Source: Macrostomum lignano
Taxonomy: Eukaryota
Length of the DNA: 64,000 nt
Direction: 5' to 3'
Assembly (NCBI GenBank): GCA_002269645.1
Contig: NIVC01000254.1
Coordinates: 587,877 to 651,876 of the forward strand
Shown here: positions 42,590-54,915 of the stretch, piece after piece
Numbering within the stretch: position 1 is the first letter of the stretch
Layout: each line of letters starts with the position of its first letter
Translations under genes and position numbers: made by a program
The notes under the pieces: model-generated
Seen by the model: only the letters and a program-made list of their open reading frames with translations
What the model was told of the DNA's origin: nothing
The model's database searches: none

Positions 42590-42960
42590 CCCACTGTCTC
42601 CTAGCCTCTATCTCACTGTCTCCTAGCCTCTATCTCACTGTCTCCTAGCCTCTATCTCACTGTCTCCTAGCCTCTATCTCACTGTCTCCTAGCCTCTATC
42701 TCACTGTCTCCTAGCCTCTATCTCACTGTCTCCTAGCCTCTATCTCACTGTCTCCTAGTCTCTATCCCACTGTCTCCTAGTCTCTATCTCACTGTCTCCT
42801 AGTCTCTATCTCACTGTCTCCTAGCCTCTATCCCACTGTCTCCTAGCCTCTATCCCACTGTCTCCTAGCCTCTATCCCACTGTCTCCTAGCCTCTATATC
42901 CCGCTGTCTCCTAGCCTCTATCTCACCCACTCCTCGCTTCTATCCCGCTGTCTCCTAGAC
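42590..42960. repeat. 22-bp minisatellite (CTGTCTCCTAGCCTCTATCTCA)
   Basis: Tandem copies just after the arrestin stop codon. Confidence 0.95.
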
Positions 42961-43499
42961 AGCAATATTTCTAATCCTTAGCCTCAATCAAGCTTCTCAT
43001 ACCGACTGCCTTTGATTACCGCAACTTCAGACTGCTGCTGTTCAACGATTTTAAAATGTCCGAAAGAAAATTCGAATTTAATTTATAGCCATTTCTAGCA
43101 CTGTACCGCACTTACCTTCTCTGTTGCTTTTATTCAACAAATATTGCTTATAAATCTTCATCATTTCTGAGGTTGAATCCATATACTAAAAATTTCCCTA
43201 CTGAAGCTCTGAATGCAATGCATCAGGCCCTTTCAAAACCTTGCTACGTGTCTGCACCGATAGTGAAGGCTGAGTAACCGCTTCTATGCATCATTTATAC
43301 GTTACGGATGAGATAATTTGTTTCTAAGATGCATTCTCCTCCAGCAATCATCTCACTCGCCTGACAATGTACAGTTTGAGTTCAATTTCTAAACTGTCTA
43401 TTTTTCTCGCATTCGACCAGAAACATTGATACTTGTCTGCAGTTTTCCTTGCTTGTCTTTACGTTGTTTCTTTAAACATTTTTATGCTTTGTCTCACCA

Positions 43500-44015
43500 G
43501 AGACATTGTTAGCGGCTCTGTAGGGACATTTTCGTGGGCACTCACTCTACGGACATTGTTAGCTGTACTCTAGGGACATTTTTAGAGGCTCTATATGGAC
43601 ATTGTTAGCGGCTCTGTAGAGACATTGTTAGCGGCTCTGTAGGGACATTGTTAGCGGCTCTGTAGGGACATTGTTAGCGGCTCTGTAGGGACATTGTTAG
43701 CTGTACTCTAGGGACATTTTTAGAGGCTCTATATGGAAATTGTTAGTGGCTCTGTAGGGACATTGCTAGCGGCTCTGTAGGGACATTGTTAGCGGCTCTG
43801 TAGGGACATTGCTAGCGACTCTGTAGGGACATTGTTAGCGGCTCTGTAGGGACATTGCTAGCGGCTCTGTAGGGACATTGTTAGCGGTATTCTACGGACA
43901 TTGCTAGCGGCTCTGTAGGGACATTGTTAGCGGCTCTGTAGGGACATTCTTAGCGGCTCTATATGGACATTGTTAGCGGCTCTGTAGGGACATTGCTAGC
44001 GGCTATGTAAGGACA
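43500..44015. repeat. 23-bp minisatellite (GGGACATTGTTAGCGGCTCTGTA)
   Basis: Directly visible tandem copies. Confidence 0.95.
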
Positions 44016-46619
44016 CTGATAGTAGGTATGCATATGTTTGGACATGGTCATGACGCAGCCGCTAACAATGACTAACGCCTAATGTCACTGCCCATTCGGC
44101 ATGTTAATCGCTGTGATTTGCAGCGAAGATCCACCCTTACCCTCCTCTTTACTCCGCTCGTATTTGTTTCCACCTTACTAAAAATGATTTTCACTTCATT
44201 CATTTAGAAGATTTGTTTCGCTTTCTCAACTTAAAACGTCTTGCACTGGCACTAAGTGAAGCTTTGATACAAGTTTTCTGCTAACAGAAACTAACAGAAT
44301 TCGAATTTGAAACTTTTGACGATGTTTCGTGACAATATAATTATAACCTACCAACAAGCTGATTTAAGCTAAATTTAAGATAATTTGGTATCTGCTATGC
44401 CATTTCATTGCGTTCTGAATTACTTCTATTTTAGTGGAAATTTTGCACAGCAGAGTAAACAGAGATCGAGATGCAGGTTTCGTCCTGCATGTAACGCAAA
44501 GGCTGACGAAAATACGACTAATAAGTATTGAACTGGCGATACAGGTGTATGAGTCTGTTTTTGTATATATTTTTCTACTTCTGACACTTGATGGCTTATA
44601 ATGACTCACTATGACTCCTAATGACTCCTGATGACTCATCATGACCCCAAAAACTCTCAATATGACTTCTGACACCCTATGATGACTCACGACACTTCCT
44701 GGGGGCTATTTATGACTCCTGCAGTCATCCAATATGTAGTAAATGTGAATTCAATGAGCGCCTAGGGCGCCAACTTTTGGGAGCCTATCCCTCCATTTTT
44801 TACTCAAAATGTGAACGCTTTAGCGACCCCCCCGAACCCCGAACCCTAGTTGCCCCTAGTTGCCCAATCCCCCCTCCTGAACCAGTGTGCATCGTACGCT
44901 CGACCCCCTACTACGAGTAGTCGCCACCCGACTCTGCGTCTCACATGGTTCGGTGGAATCGACCGTAGTAGCCAGAGTCAGTACGCGAACCCGGGTCTGT
45001 GGGGCACCCTTGACTTGAGGACCGAGCCCTCTAGCCTCCATCACCACAGATGTCTCCAAACACTTCATGGTGTTCATTGACACCTCCAGGACATTTCTTA
45101 ACTTAATTTAATAAATTCTGAAAACTCCGTTCCACTTCATAAGAACTAATTTTACAGCTTTAAGCAATAAGGATTTAATCCCACATGTACATGTCAGTAC
45201 AGTGCTTCCAGCATCGGGAATTCATTTGGCATCTGCTACTCGTAAAACCGCCGTGAGGCTCAGGTTAACCAGTCACTGGGCAAATATGGCTTTAGCATTA
45301 GCTACCATACTCGGAGTCGACTCGGGGGTGGGTGAGGGGGGTTTTGAGTTGGACCTGGTGGCTATGGCAATACCCATGGCTGAGTACCTGTACTCAGAGG
45401 AAACTCTATGCAACATTAAATTCAACGGAAGGCAAAAAGCGTTGCAACAACTGGCTCTCTTTCTCTGTCTGCTTCTCCCTTTCTCTCTTCCCCTGCCCCC
45501 ATCTGGATCGCGGATGAAGGGACGGGATCGGAGATGTTGAACAGTTGGGGGGGGTGATGATGGAACACCTTCTCTCGTCTCCACCACCGCCCCGACCGTC
45601 CGCACCATCCTCCTCTCTCAGATCCGCACTCCGTCTTGCTTTCCCCTCCCTCCATGCCCCGGTTTAATGGAGCGACTTTTGTTTCGCGGGAGAGCGAGAG
45701 AGGGAGAGAGAGAGAGAGACCTGCCTCACCGGGCAGACAATGGTGAGTAGGGAGGCCACAGCAGTTTTGTAGTAGGCGCTGGCTGGCTCAACGCCTCAAT
45801 GAGCATAAAGGGCAGGCGGCGGGGATGTTGGAGCAACACAATTTGTTGGTTGGCTGGCCTGAGAACTGGAGCAGCAGCCCCCTCTCCCCGGTAGAGAGAT
45901 TTTCTCTTTTGGCATTTTTATAATTTTGCCAACAGTAACACTGTCGGTGTGTGTGTGTGTGTGCCCGCGCAAACTTGTCCAGAAATTTTTGAATCGCGCG
46001 TATATTATTCTGTCTGCTTTGGGCTGTGAAATTGCTGCTTCTGCACGGCGGTGTAGTAGCGGAAGTCGCCCTTGTAGGAGCTACCGGCTGCGTTGCTTGT
46101 TGAGGAGTTTTTATAAACCAGCTCTCAGTGAGTCTTATTAGCTTAACTGCGTTTCATCCAGCATTGTGTGTACACCTGTTGATATCGATCTTTGTGGGAT
46201 AGTCTAATTGATTTAGTAGAGTCCACTGAACTTACTATGAGAGTTCACTCTCCTTGAGAAATCTTGTAGGGAAGTCCACTATCATTGAGAAGTCATGTAG
46301 GAGTGAGCACTCTCCATAAGAAATCGTGTAGGAGTGACCATTCGCCTGTCCTTCTCAATTAATCTACCGCTCTGACACAGTTCGTGCCAGAGAAATGTTC
46401 GCAGCCTTTAACACTATAGTGGCCTATTGTTCTACAAAATTACCGCATGCACAGTCAGCTCTTGTCCACTAGTAGTTGCATTGTACGGGACTCCCGAACA
46501 CTTCGCAGCACTACAAGCTACATACTCACACACACACAACACACACAATGAATACACAGTAGTTTATCGAAGCATTATTCTGAGTCGGTCGCATTGCGTG
46601 CGTGCTTAAATGCCCCCTC

Positions 46620-47100
46620 CACCAGTGTCTCAAATATTCAGCCTCAGAGCCCTCTGCAAGTGTCTCAAATATTCAGCCTCAGACCCTCTACAAGTGTCTC
46701 AAAAATTCAGCCTCAGAGCCCTCTGCAAGTGTCTCAAATATTCAGCCTCAGAGTCCTCTATAAGTGTCTCAAATATTCAGCCTCAGACCCTCTACAAGTG
46801 TTTCAAATATTCAGCCTCAGACCCTCTACAAGTGTCTCAAATATTCAGCCTCAGACCCTCTACAAGTGTCTCAAATATTCAGCCTCAGAGCCCTCTACAA
46901 GTGTCTCAAATATTCAGCCTCAGACCCTCTATAAGTGTCTCAAATATTCAGCCTCAGAGCCCTCCCCAAGTGTCTCAAATATTCAGCCTCAGAGCCCTCC
47001 CCAAGTGTCTCAAATATTCAGCCTCAGAGCCCTCTATAAGTGTCTCAAATATTCAGCACCAGAGCCCTCTCCAAGTGTCTCAAAGCCCTCTCCTAAGCCT
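46620..47100. repeat. 34-35-bp minisatellite (CTACAAGTGTCTCAAATATTCAGCCTCAGAGCCCT)
   Basis: Directly visible; source of two spurious ORFs. Confidence 0.95.
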
Positions 47101-47391
47101 CATAAAGTAAAAACGCGGTGCCCTGAGGAGTCGAACAAAGAGCTCTTTCCAGGAAGACAAAGATAAACACTGTTTGAGTTCCCATTCGGTAATTGAACAG
47201 TTAAGCAAAGTTGGCTGAGGTTAGTACAGAAATCAATAAATAGACGTGCGCCAACCCTCGAAGCCGTTGCAAAAGGTACGAGTTACACACACCCTATACG
47301 CTGGTTGCGTCCGTTGGACTACTGCAGATCAGTCTTTAATCAACCCGCAGGAACTCAGGAATTCCCAGTTGCCAAACAGCAGGGTGCCGCA

Positions 47392-49698
47392 ATGAACTAT
47401 ATCTTCCCCAACTTCCGTCGGCTTGGCCTGTTTCTGCTCGGCATCCTATTGTGCCTCGGGCTGGTCTGGCACCTGCTTCCCTCTGACGGGCGCGGTCACA
47501 GAAAGCCCGCTAGAGGCATCCAGCGTGGCCTAAATGCTACACCGACTTCCTCGAAGAAGGCAAGCACTGTCGACCGACATCGAGGCGGTCGGCAGTTTCC
47601 TTTGCTAGACGACCCATCGATTGCCGCTTCAGTCGGCTCCAGAGACCAGCCGGTGATCAGATTGGTGCACCAGTCCTGGGTCAACGCGACTCTGCCGCCG
47701 TTGTTTGCTCGTTGGGCCGGCAGCTTCGGTCGCTGCTTCCCGACTTATCGCTACGCCCTGTGGACTGACGAGGACAACAGGCGGCTCATCGCCGAGCACT
47801 ATCCCTGGTTTCTGGCCCGATTCGACTCCTACGGCGTCGGCGTGCAGAAAGCGGACGTGAGCCGGCTGTTCTACATGTACCACTACGGCGGACTGTACTG
47901 CGACCTGGACTGCGAGTGCCTGGCAAACTTCGAGCACATGTTGGCTAACACTAGCCTGGCCTTCGGCGCCATGGACGGCAAGATGATTTACAGCAGCAGC
48001 GACTCGTCCTACGTTGACGAGGGCCAAATTGAGAATTCGTTTATGTACAGCCGGCCGAAGCATCCCTTCTTCTGGGAGCTCATCCGGGTGTTGAACACCA
48101 CGACTGAGGGCCTGCCGATCATGACCTCCGGTGAGGCCTTCAGGCATTCGCTGTTTATGAGATTTAAGAATCGGCTGGAGGAATTGTATGGCGCCAGCAC
48201 CACCACCAGGGGGCTTTAGCACCAGGGGCGCCAGCACCAGGGGCGCCAGCACCAGGGGCGCCAGCACCACGGGCGCCAGCACCAGGGGCGCCAGCACCAG
48301 GGGCTTTATATTTTTGCCAACCTATTGCTGGCCTTGACAAAAAACACTTGAAATCAAAGTGTTGCCATCCCTGTGACTAAAAACAACCATGAGGAGGTAC
48401 GTGAGGAGAGATCTAATGGTAGAAGCTTTTCGCTCAGAAATGGTACTATATCTTCCCTAAAGGGGAGGAACCTTGGCGTGTGTTTGTTGAGCCAAATTGC
48501 AATAGCATGTTCCGCCTTGGCTTAATCAGACAAGCTCCTCATGGTGCGCCTTTCAGATTGGGTTGTGAGCAGCAGATCAATGCAGGAGATTGAGCTGGCA
48601 TCTGGTGTAGCACTCTCCTGCTCCTAGCATACTTGCCCCGATCGTGAAGTCTGTGTGTAGGCAGGCCATTTCGCCCCCAGACCTAATAATCCGCTTCTCG
48701 GGGAAGAAAAGAGGAAAAATAGGATTGAGTTCGATGGCGATGGCAATGTTCTGGCTGAAAGTTGAGGTTGAGAAGCTCTTGCTGGAGACTTAGGAATGTA
48801 TAGGAAAACTCCGTGTGTTACACAGACAACTAACTGTTTCACAAAAGGTAAGAGCAAGTTATTACACAATCGATCAAGTGACTGTTAGACGCGAGGTCGG
48901 GCATGGTGTTACACCAACGATCGAATAACTGTTAGACACGAGGTGGAGCAAGGTGTTACACAATCGATCGAATGACTGTTAGATACGAGGTGGAGCAAGT
49001 TGTTACACAATCGATCGAATGACTGTTAGACACGAGGTGGAGCAAGGTGTTACACAATCGATCGAATGACTGTTAGACACGAGGTGGAGCAAGGTGTTAC
49101 ACAATCGATCGAATGACTGTTAGACACGAGGTGGAGCAAGGTGTTACACAATCGATCGAATGACTGTTAGATACGAGGTGGAGCAAGTTGTTACACAATC
49201 GATCGAATGACTGTTAGACACGAGGTGGAGCAAGGTGTTACACAATCGATCGAATGACTGTTAGACAGGAGGTGGAGCAAGGTGTTACACAATCGATCGA
49301 ATAACTGTTAGACACGAGGTGGAGTATAGTTAGATAGTATAAGATGCCATTGGGTGTTACCAGGAAAAAATTCCATTTACAAGGACGACCAATAACTCAA
49401 CTCTCCCGGAACTGCAGGCCCCTACCTGATCATGCGCGGGATCCACAGCGCCAGAAAACGCGGCCTGGACAAGACCAAATTCGATGGCCTGCCGTACCTG
49501 ACCATCTACCCGCCTCACCTGTTCAACCCCTACAGTTGGATTCGTCACAACGCGCCGAGCTGTCGTCTGTTCGGCGACTTCAGCGAAGAGTCGCTGGCTC
49601 GCTGCCGCAATTCGTTCAAGACCAGCTACGTCATCCAATATCATACCCAGGTGTGGGACAAAGGAAAGCACAACGTACTGAATCGTATTAAGTTCTGA
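47392..49698 (+). CDS. Glycosyltransferase family 32 (DXD; SUR1/CSH1/OCH1-like), type II membrane protein, 339 aa
   Basis: Exons 47392-48130 and 49418-49698 (phase 1, IMTSG|PYL; 1020 nt). N-terminal TM LGLFLLGILLCLGLVWHLL; VHQSW, YALWTDEDNRRLI, YPWFL, KADVSRLFYMYHYGGLYCDLD, NSFMYSRPKHPFF; C-terminal YHTQVW. Confidence 0.88.
48205..48305. repeat. 15-bp repeat (ACCAGGGGCGCCAGC)
   Basis: About 6 copies in the GT32 intron. Confidence 0.85.
48855..49325. repeat. 47-bp minisatellite (GTTACACAATCGATCGAATGACTGTTAGACACGAGGTGGAGCAAGGT)
   Basis: About 10 copies in the GT32 intron. Confidence 0.95.
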
Positions 49699-50839
49699 CA
49701 GTTTATCGGTAGAAGCGATGTTTGACAAGATTTTTATCATCGAATGATTGTTTTTAAGATGAAGTTACAGGCTTAAGTCTAAGCATAAAATTTAAGTCTA
49801 CGCAGCAATGTAATTAACAAAATACTTAACTGTTAAATTGTGATCGCCTTGCGATCACCGTCTGCGACTTTGTGCAGGATGTTTTAAGACACCGAAATTG
49901 ATACGAACTGTTTCAGTCCATGGATGAATCTATGGTTAAACTTTAATTGTAAAAGTGTACTTATATTGAAGCACCATAATTTTGTTGTCAGATCGAACTT
50001 TTGCCAAAATTATTACTGATATGTTCACCAAAATCGATTCACTACGATTGATATTTGGTCTAGTCAAGAGGCTGCTCAAGTGTTCTGAGCAAAAATGCAG
50101 ATCTTGCTACATTGTCGTGAGTGTAACCTGTCTCTATCACTGCGCATTTTTTCTGTGCCTTTTAAAAATTCGTGCCTTTCTATCTTTTTATCGATGTGTA
50201 CTATAACAAATACTTCAATATTTCGTCGCGTGTGTTTTTACAAGAGTAGTTTTAGAGCCAGCACCTAGACAGTTGATTTCAGACAGTCGTTTGCAATGAA
50301 TCTATGGAACTCAATGAATTATAAAAAATTATCCAAGAAAATTTTTAGGACTTTGTGATAGCCTTATTTTCCTCTTTTCATGTGTGCTGTGTTAAGAATT
50401 ACTCGTATGAGTATACTCAAAAGATTCAAATGACGAAAAAATTAATTGGAAGCTTAATTAAAAAAAACGTTGGGTCTCAATAAGGCCTCTATGATTCTTC
50501 AAGTTTTAACGAACGAGTGATAAGCACCTTCTGTGACACTTTAATTTTTCTGTGTGCAAAAGCGTTTTTTAAATACGAGCTAAATTTCAGTTAGCTCGTA
50601 CTTGCGAATCTTCTCTCTACTTTTCCCTCTTCTGCCAAAAAAGACATAATAAATACAATGGTACTACTAGCCGATATTACTTGTAGCTCGTAAGTACGTA
50701 GAAAATTCAGAACGATACGAATTAAAACTTTTAGTTCTGGAGTCCTTTAGTTACCAGTTTTTTTTCAAACTTCATGGTTCATTTTTTAAAGATGCACTTG
50801 CTTGATAAAAGCGATTAAAACTTACTTTTTATTTGATGG

Positions 50840-51665
50840 CGCACTTTAGGCGACATTGTCACACAACTGGCGCGAGGCATTACTGCCCATTCCGCCGACT
50901 CCCCTGAGCAGGCACACAAGCGCGTGGAGGGAAAAGGACAGGGGACAGCCGCGCGGGATTGCAGGCAGTCGGGGCCCACCTCTTCCTGTGCTTAGATGCC
51001 TCCCACTGGTTGATCCGAGTGGTGACAAGGGCGATGGGGGTGAGGCCACAGACAGGGGACCAATAAAGGACCCGGTCGAGCCAGCCTTGGCAGGCGATCG
51101 GCCAACTCGTTGCCGGGGTGGCCCGAGCGTCCGGGGATCAATCTTAGAGACACCTTGTTGAAGGCGCCTCGATGATTGTACGCGAGCAGGTGGTGGTGCG
51201 CTCAAGGGCGTGGATCACCGTTTGACTGTCCGAGTGGAGGGTAATCTTCCCCCCAGCACGCTGATTGTACAGATCCATGGCGCAGCAGCTGATGGCGAGA
51301 ACTTCGTTTGGAAAACGGTGAAGCAGGGAGAAGTTTACCTCGGTTCCCCTTCCAGACACGATGCAGTAGCCGTAGCCAGAAGTGGAGTTGATTTGGGAAT
51401 CGTCAGTGAAGCAGTGGATTTCACGGGGTTTTCTAGTTGTCCCTTCCTTCGTGACATGGTGGAATGCTGGTTTTGAATTTGAGCGGAGGGCAGAGCGTGG
51501 ACGGGATTCCATCCGAGAGGGTCAGTAGGCCTCCCGCTGCTTCCAGGTCTCGCAGGCTGGAGGTTCTGCTTTCTGAAAACAAACTGCTTCTGGGTGGGGA
51601 CACCCGCGTCAAGCAGACGGCGGGTGGTCTTCATTGCCTCCCCTCTGACAAAAAGATTTGACGAC
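50840..51665 (-). mobile_element. Degenerate non-LTR retrotransposon ORF2 fragment (RT-RH linker + RNase H)
   Basis: Frameshifted pieces LFVRGEAMKTTRRL, EIHCFTDDSQ...EVLAI...ITLHSDSQTVIHAL, KVSLRLIPGRSGHPGNELADRL and AKAGS..FIGP together form a decayed RNase H of an I/R1-group LINE. Confidence 0.7.
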
Positions 51666-51672
51666 AGGTCGG

Positions 51673-53420
51673 GATTGATTACTAACGCAGTACGTCGGCG
51701 TTGGTGATGGAGCCCGAGGGACCCTGTCGGTGTGGCCGGCGTCGCTCGTCCTCTCTCAGTCGAAGGCTTTCAGCTGCATCTCGAGGAGCCGCTTTCTTTG
51801 CTTCACTCCGACCTCCGGTCGCCCGCAGGCGGCCGGGGCGGGGCCGGGTGGCCGCCAGGATCGTCAGTGGGCGGCTCGGTCCGACCCACCCTCTTGAGAT
51901 AGTCACAGATGAGGGCGCCGCCACCCTCGAGAACGTCGTTCCAGGAAATGACCACCCCGCCCCAGGTGCGGATGCGGGCCTGGTGGTGGCAGGGGCAGTA
52001 GAGCATAAGATGATCGACCGAGTCCGGTTCCCCGCAGTCGGCGCATTGGTCGTTCTGTGCGAGGCCGAACCGAAACAGGGTGTCGCGAGTCAGGGGGGAT
52101 TTCTTAGTGCGGATTTGGCTGACCGTCACCTGGCCCCACCTGGGAAGGTCATCGTGGCCTGGCGTCGGAGTCAGGTACGGGTGCGTGCGGTCCCGCGCAG
52201 TTCTCCAGTTAGACAGTACGTGGCGGACGGCATTTTTGGCGGAGGCCTGGGAAAGTTGCGCGTTGTTTGTTTCCAATTCTGCAGCTTCGCGGGCGAGGGC
52301 GTCCGCAGCCTCGTTACCAGCAATGTCCGCGTGGCCGGGAACCCATTGGAAGTGGAGCCTGGTCTGAGCTGGGAGGTCGTTGATGAGTCGCCAGATCGTG
52401 AGGGCGAGCGGGTTAGTAGAACGGTACGGGCCTTGGTTGATGGCCTGAAGGCCTGATCGTGAGTCGGTACAGATGTGGACCGAGAGCCGCGGGTTGCCGA
52501 TGGTGTCGAGGGTTTGACGTAGGGCTCTTATCGCTGCCTCGATGGCGACCAATTCAGCGTGGGTGCTACTGCACCACTTTCCGGCTGGCTGGCGGATGGA
52601 CATGCGGAGTGCCTCGATGGATTCGGCAGTGAGGAGAGCACCTCCGCCGGCAGCCGTGCCGTCCGGGCTTGCGGAGCCGTCCGTCCAGATGGTGCAGTCG
52701 GCGCTCGGTAGCAGGGCCGCTGGGTCGAGGAGCCGCTGCCAAGCTTGCTCTTTGATGCTCATCTTCACGACTTGGAGCACGGTGCCGCTTGACGAGGTGG
52801 GAACCCAACCTTGGTCGGTCGGACTGTTTGGCCGAAAGGGGCATCTTCTGGCCTTGAATAATCCGGGCCGGTTGCCTCTGGCCATAGCCGCATAGGTGCG
52901 CTTCGACTTTGTGGATTGGCCAGTACGCCCTGCTTTGGATTCCTCTACAGTCGTGGGAGTTTGTTCACGAGCAGAGGTCCCACAGTCCCGCCACGGGAGG
53001 AGCTAGCCGCACCAGAAGCTTTGTTGGCACCCAACGATTCTACTTAGAGATGTTGGGCCCGCCCTGTTTTTTCAGGCGCTTGGTGTTATTCCTGAGTGGC
53101 GGCAGGGTTGTCGAAGTGAAGGGCACCGAAGTTCCAGTGCAACAATCGTCCGATGAGCCGCGGTACCAACCTTGGTTGGCATTCCAGCAGCATTAAGGGA
53201 CGCGTTGGAGGCAATAGAATACTCCATGAGTCGCTGAAAGGCAAATGGGGACTAAGGTGAGAGGCTGTTAGGCCGCAACTCCAAACCTAACAGCCAGCCA
53301 ACAGAATAGCGACCTGGGGTTGGCTTAAGCCCTTACTGGCCCGTTCGCTAGCAACTGAGAAGCTCCCCGGCTAAGATCCAGGGAGCCAGATTCCGGAGCC
53401 TGATACTGGCCGCATAAGCT
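51673..53420 (-). mobile_element. Internally deleted non-LTR retrotransposon (putative 5' UTR/ORF1 start joined to RNase H + CCHC + 3' end)
   Basis: Intact RNase H ORF 51803..52885, short TAATCAATC-type tail near 51673-51685, and an ORF1-like TYAAMAR motif just upstream. The 5' boundary is approximate. Confidence 0.7.
51803..52885 (-). CDS. Retrotransposon RNase H + C-terminal CCHC zinc finger (360 aa)
   Basis: IWTDGS, HAELVAI, ICTDSRS and WVPGHADIAGNEAADALA give a complete D-E-D-H-D set; CADCGEPDSVDHLMLYC is typical of a LINE ORF2 C-terminus. Confidence 0.85.
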   Translation of the reverse strand: MARGNRPGLFKARRCPFRPNSPTDQGWVPTSSSGTVLQVVKMSIKEQAWQRLLDPAALLPSADCTIWTDGSASPDGTAAGGGALLTAESIEALRMSIRQPAGKWCSSTHAELVAIEAAIRALRQTLDTIGNPRLSVHICTDSRSGLQAINQGPYRSTNPLALTIWRLINDLPAQTRLHFQWVPGHADIAGNEAADALAREAAELETNNAQLSQASAKNAVRHVLSNWRTARDRTHPYLTPTPGHDDLPRWGQVTVSQIRTKKSPLTRDTLFRFGLAQNDQCADCGEPDSVDHLMLYCPCHHQARIRTWGGVVISWNDVLEGGGALICDYLKRVGRTEPPTDDPGGHPAPPRPPAGDRRSE

Positions 53421-54193
53421 GTTAAAGTCAGAGGATACGCTCATAGAACTGAAAATATGATGTTTTACGTTGAGATTGGAGACTTTAGCAATTTCTTAAT
53501 AAGCTAGACTCGAATCCTCTAGCTACGGTTTTGCACCTAGGTTGGGCCTAATTTCACGTGTAGTTAATTGCCACTGGAGTTAGTAATTTGGCTCTCGCCT
53601 AAAGAAAGGTAGTAGCTTTAGCCGCATGCCTTCTAAATTTGTTCTTGACGCGAAGGCTGCTGTTCACAGCATTCTTCTTGAAGACTGGCCCTGTTTAACG
53701 AGCATGAATGTACATTGGAAAACGAAGCTTAAGTACATTTATTGACGGATGTATGTCGTATGTACATCCATTCGCGCAATACATAGAAACTACGCATTTG
53801 GTACCTTATTGGGGGCTCTCATGCAGGGTTAAAAAGCTTTATATTTACCTTTCAATTTCTTTTACAAGCTTGAAAAAGCCATAAAAACGGGCATCAACTT
53901 TATTCAAAAGGCATAAAAAAAACGCTCGAAACAGAGCATGTAAGTTTTGCATTGGCGACTAATTATAAATTTTGCTTACGATCCATTTACAATCCACTTA
54001 AAATTCACTGACAATCTATTTACAATTCACTTAAAATTCACTTACAATCCGCAAAAAATTCACTTTCAATTTATCAACATTTACACTACATACTATTTAC
54101 TGCACGGCTTGGGATTTACTGCACAGTCGCGTTATCTATCTATGTCTATGGCTAAAACCAGAAGAATGCTTTGCTCATAAATCAATGAATCTA

Positions 54194-54295
54194 TCACTAG
54201 GTTCCTTCGTGCGTAAATAGTCTTGCCACGAGTGCGCGTTAGAATGCGTTAGCGCACTCGTGCCATAGACTATTTACGCACTCGAAACCTAGAGA
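54194..54295. mobile_element. Small palindromic MITE-like hairpin flanked by TA
   Basis: Arms of ~44 bp (TCACTAGG...GAGTGCGC / GCGCACTCG...CCTAGAGA), 14-nt loop, TA on both sides. Confidence 0.55.
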
Positions 54296-54915
54296 TAAAT
54301 CTACCATTAAGTGAAATGCACTTTGAAACTGCTTTTTTCGACCCAAGATTTGTCCAAGCCAAGTATAAAATGCTACCTTCTCGGCTAGAAAGGCTTTGCA
54401 CAGGGGGCGCATTAAGATTCTAGCTAGCTATAGTCTATGGCCAGCCCTGCTGATCATGTCGGCAGGAACGGAGCTTTTGTATTTCTAGCTCCGGCGCGAA
54501 AAGGTTAAAATGCTTTATCATCGAGCTGCAGGGATGTGGCGCGATGCAGGCGCACTTATATCTAAACTATAAAACACAACGGAAAATTCCAGCTCTCAGC
54601 AGAAGAATGGAATTTGTTAGCACTGCTCATTTCTTGCCTTTAGCTTGAAGCTTAAACTCTCGCCATTTTAATTGTGTACGAACTGTGCTCAGCGCAGTTC
54701 TGAGCTTAAATTGCAGCTATTATGCGCACTGGAGCAAGAAAATTTAGCTGTGAGGTAATTTAGACAATTTTTTAATTTTTTATAACTCCGGGTTGCTAGC
54801 GATTCTCTTAGTTGAACTCGAACTTAGACTTTGCATGTGATATTTGCATGTAACTGTGTCCCTTGAGGCGGCTCGTGTCCGCAACATATGAAGGTGATTA
54901 TTTAAAAGTTCAAAT

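Noticed and set aside
45740-45748. ATG|GTGAGT as a coding first exon of the GT32 gene
   Set aside because: The best acceptor (47350) is out of frame and the in-frame alternative is weak; it may be a non-coding first exon, but this is unsupported.
48370-48830. GC-balanced intronic segment as a degenerate TE or gene fragment
   Set aside because: Frames are stop-interrupted and I recognised no motif; a translated search would be needed.
53290-53420. HDV-like ribozyme at the 5' end of the mini-LINE
   Set aside because: Hairpins and a GCGAACGGG segment are present, but I could not build the P1/P3/P1.1 nested double pseudoknot with a canonical L3. An Infernal or RNArobo search would settle it. 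No hammerhead core (CTGANGA...GAAA) was supported in the places I checked.
53820-54510. piggyBac-like ends (…GCAGGGTTAA, …CGAAAAGGTTAA)
   Set aside because: Both are in the same orientation with no paired left end or shared TIR.
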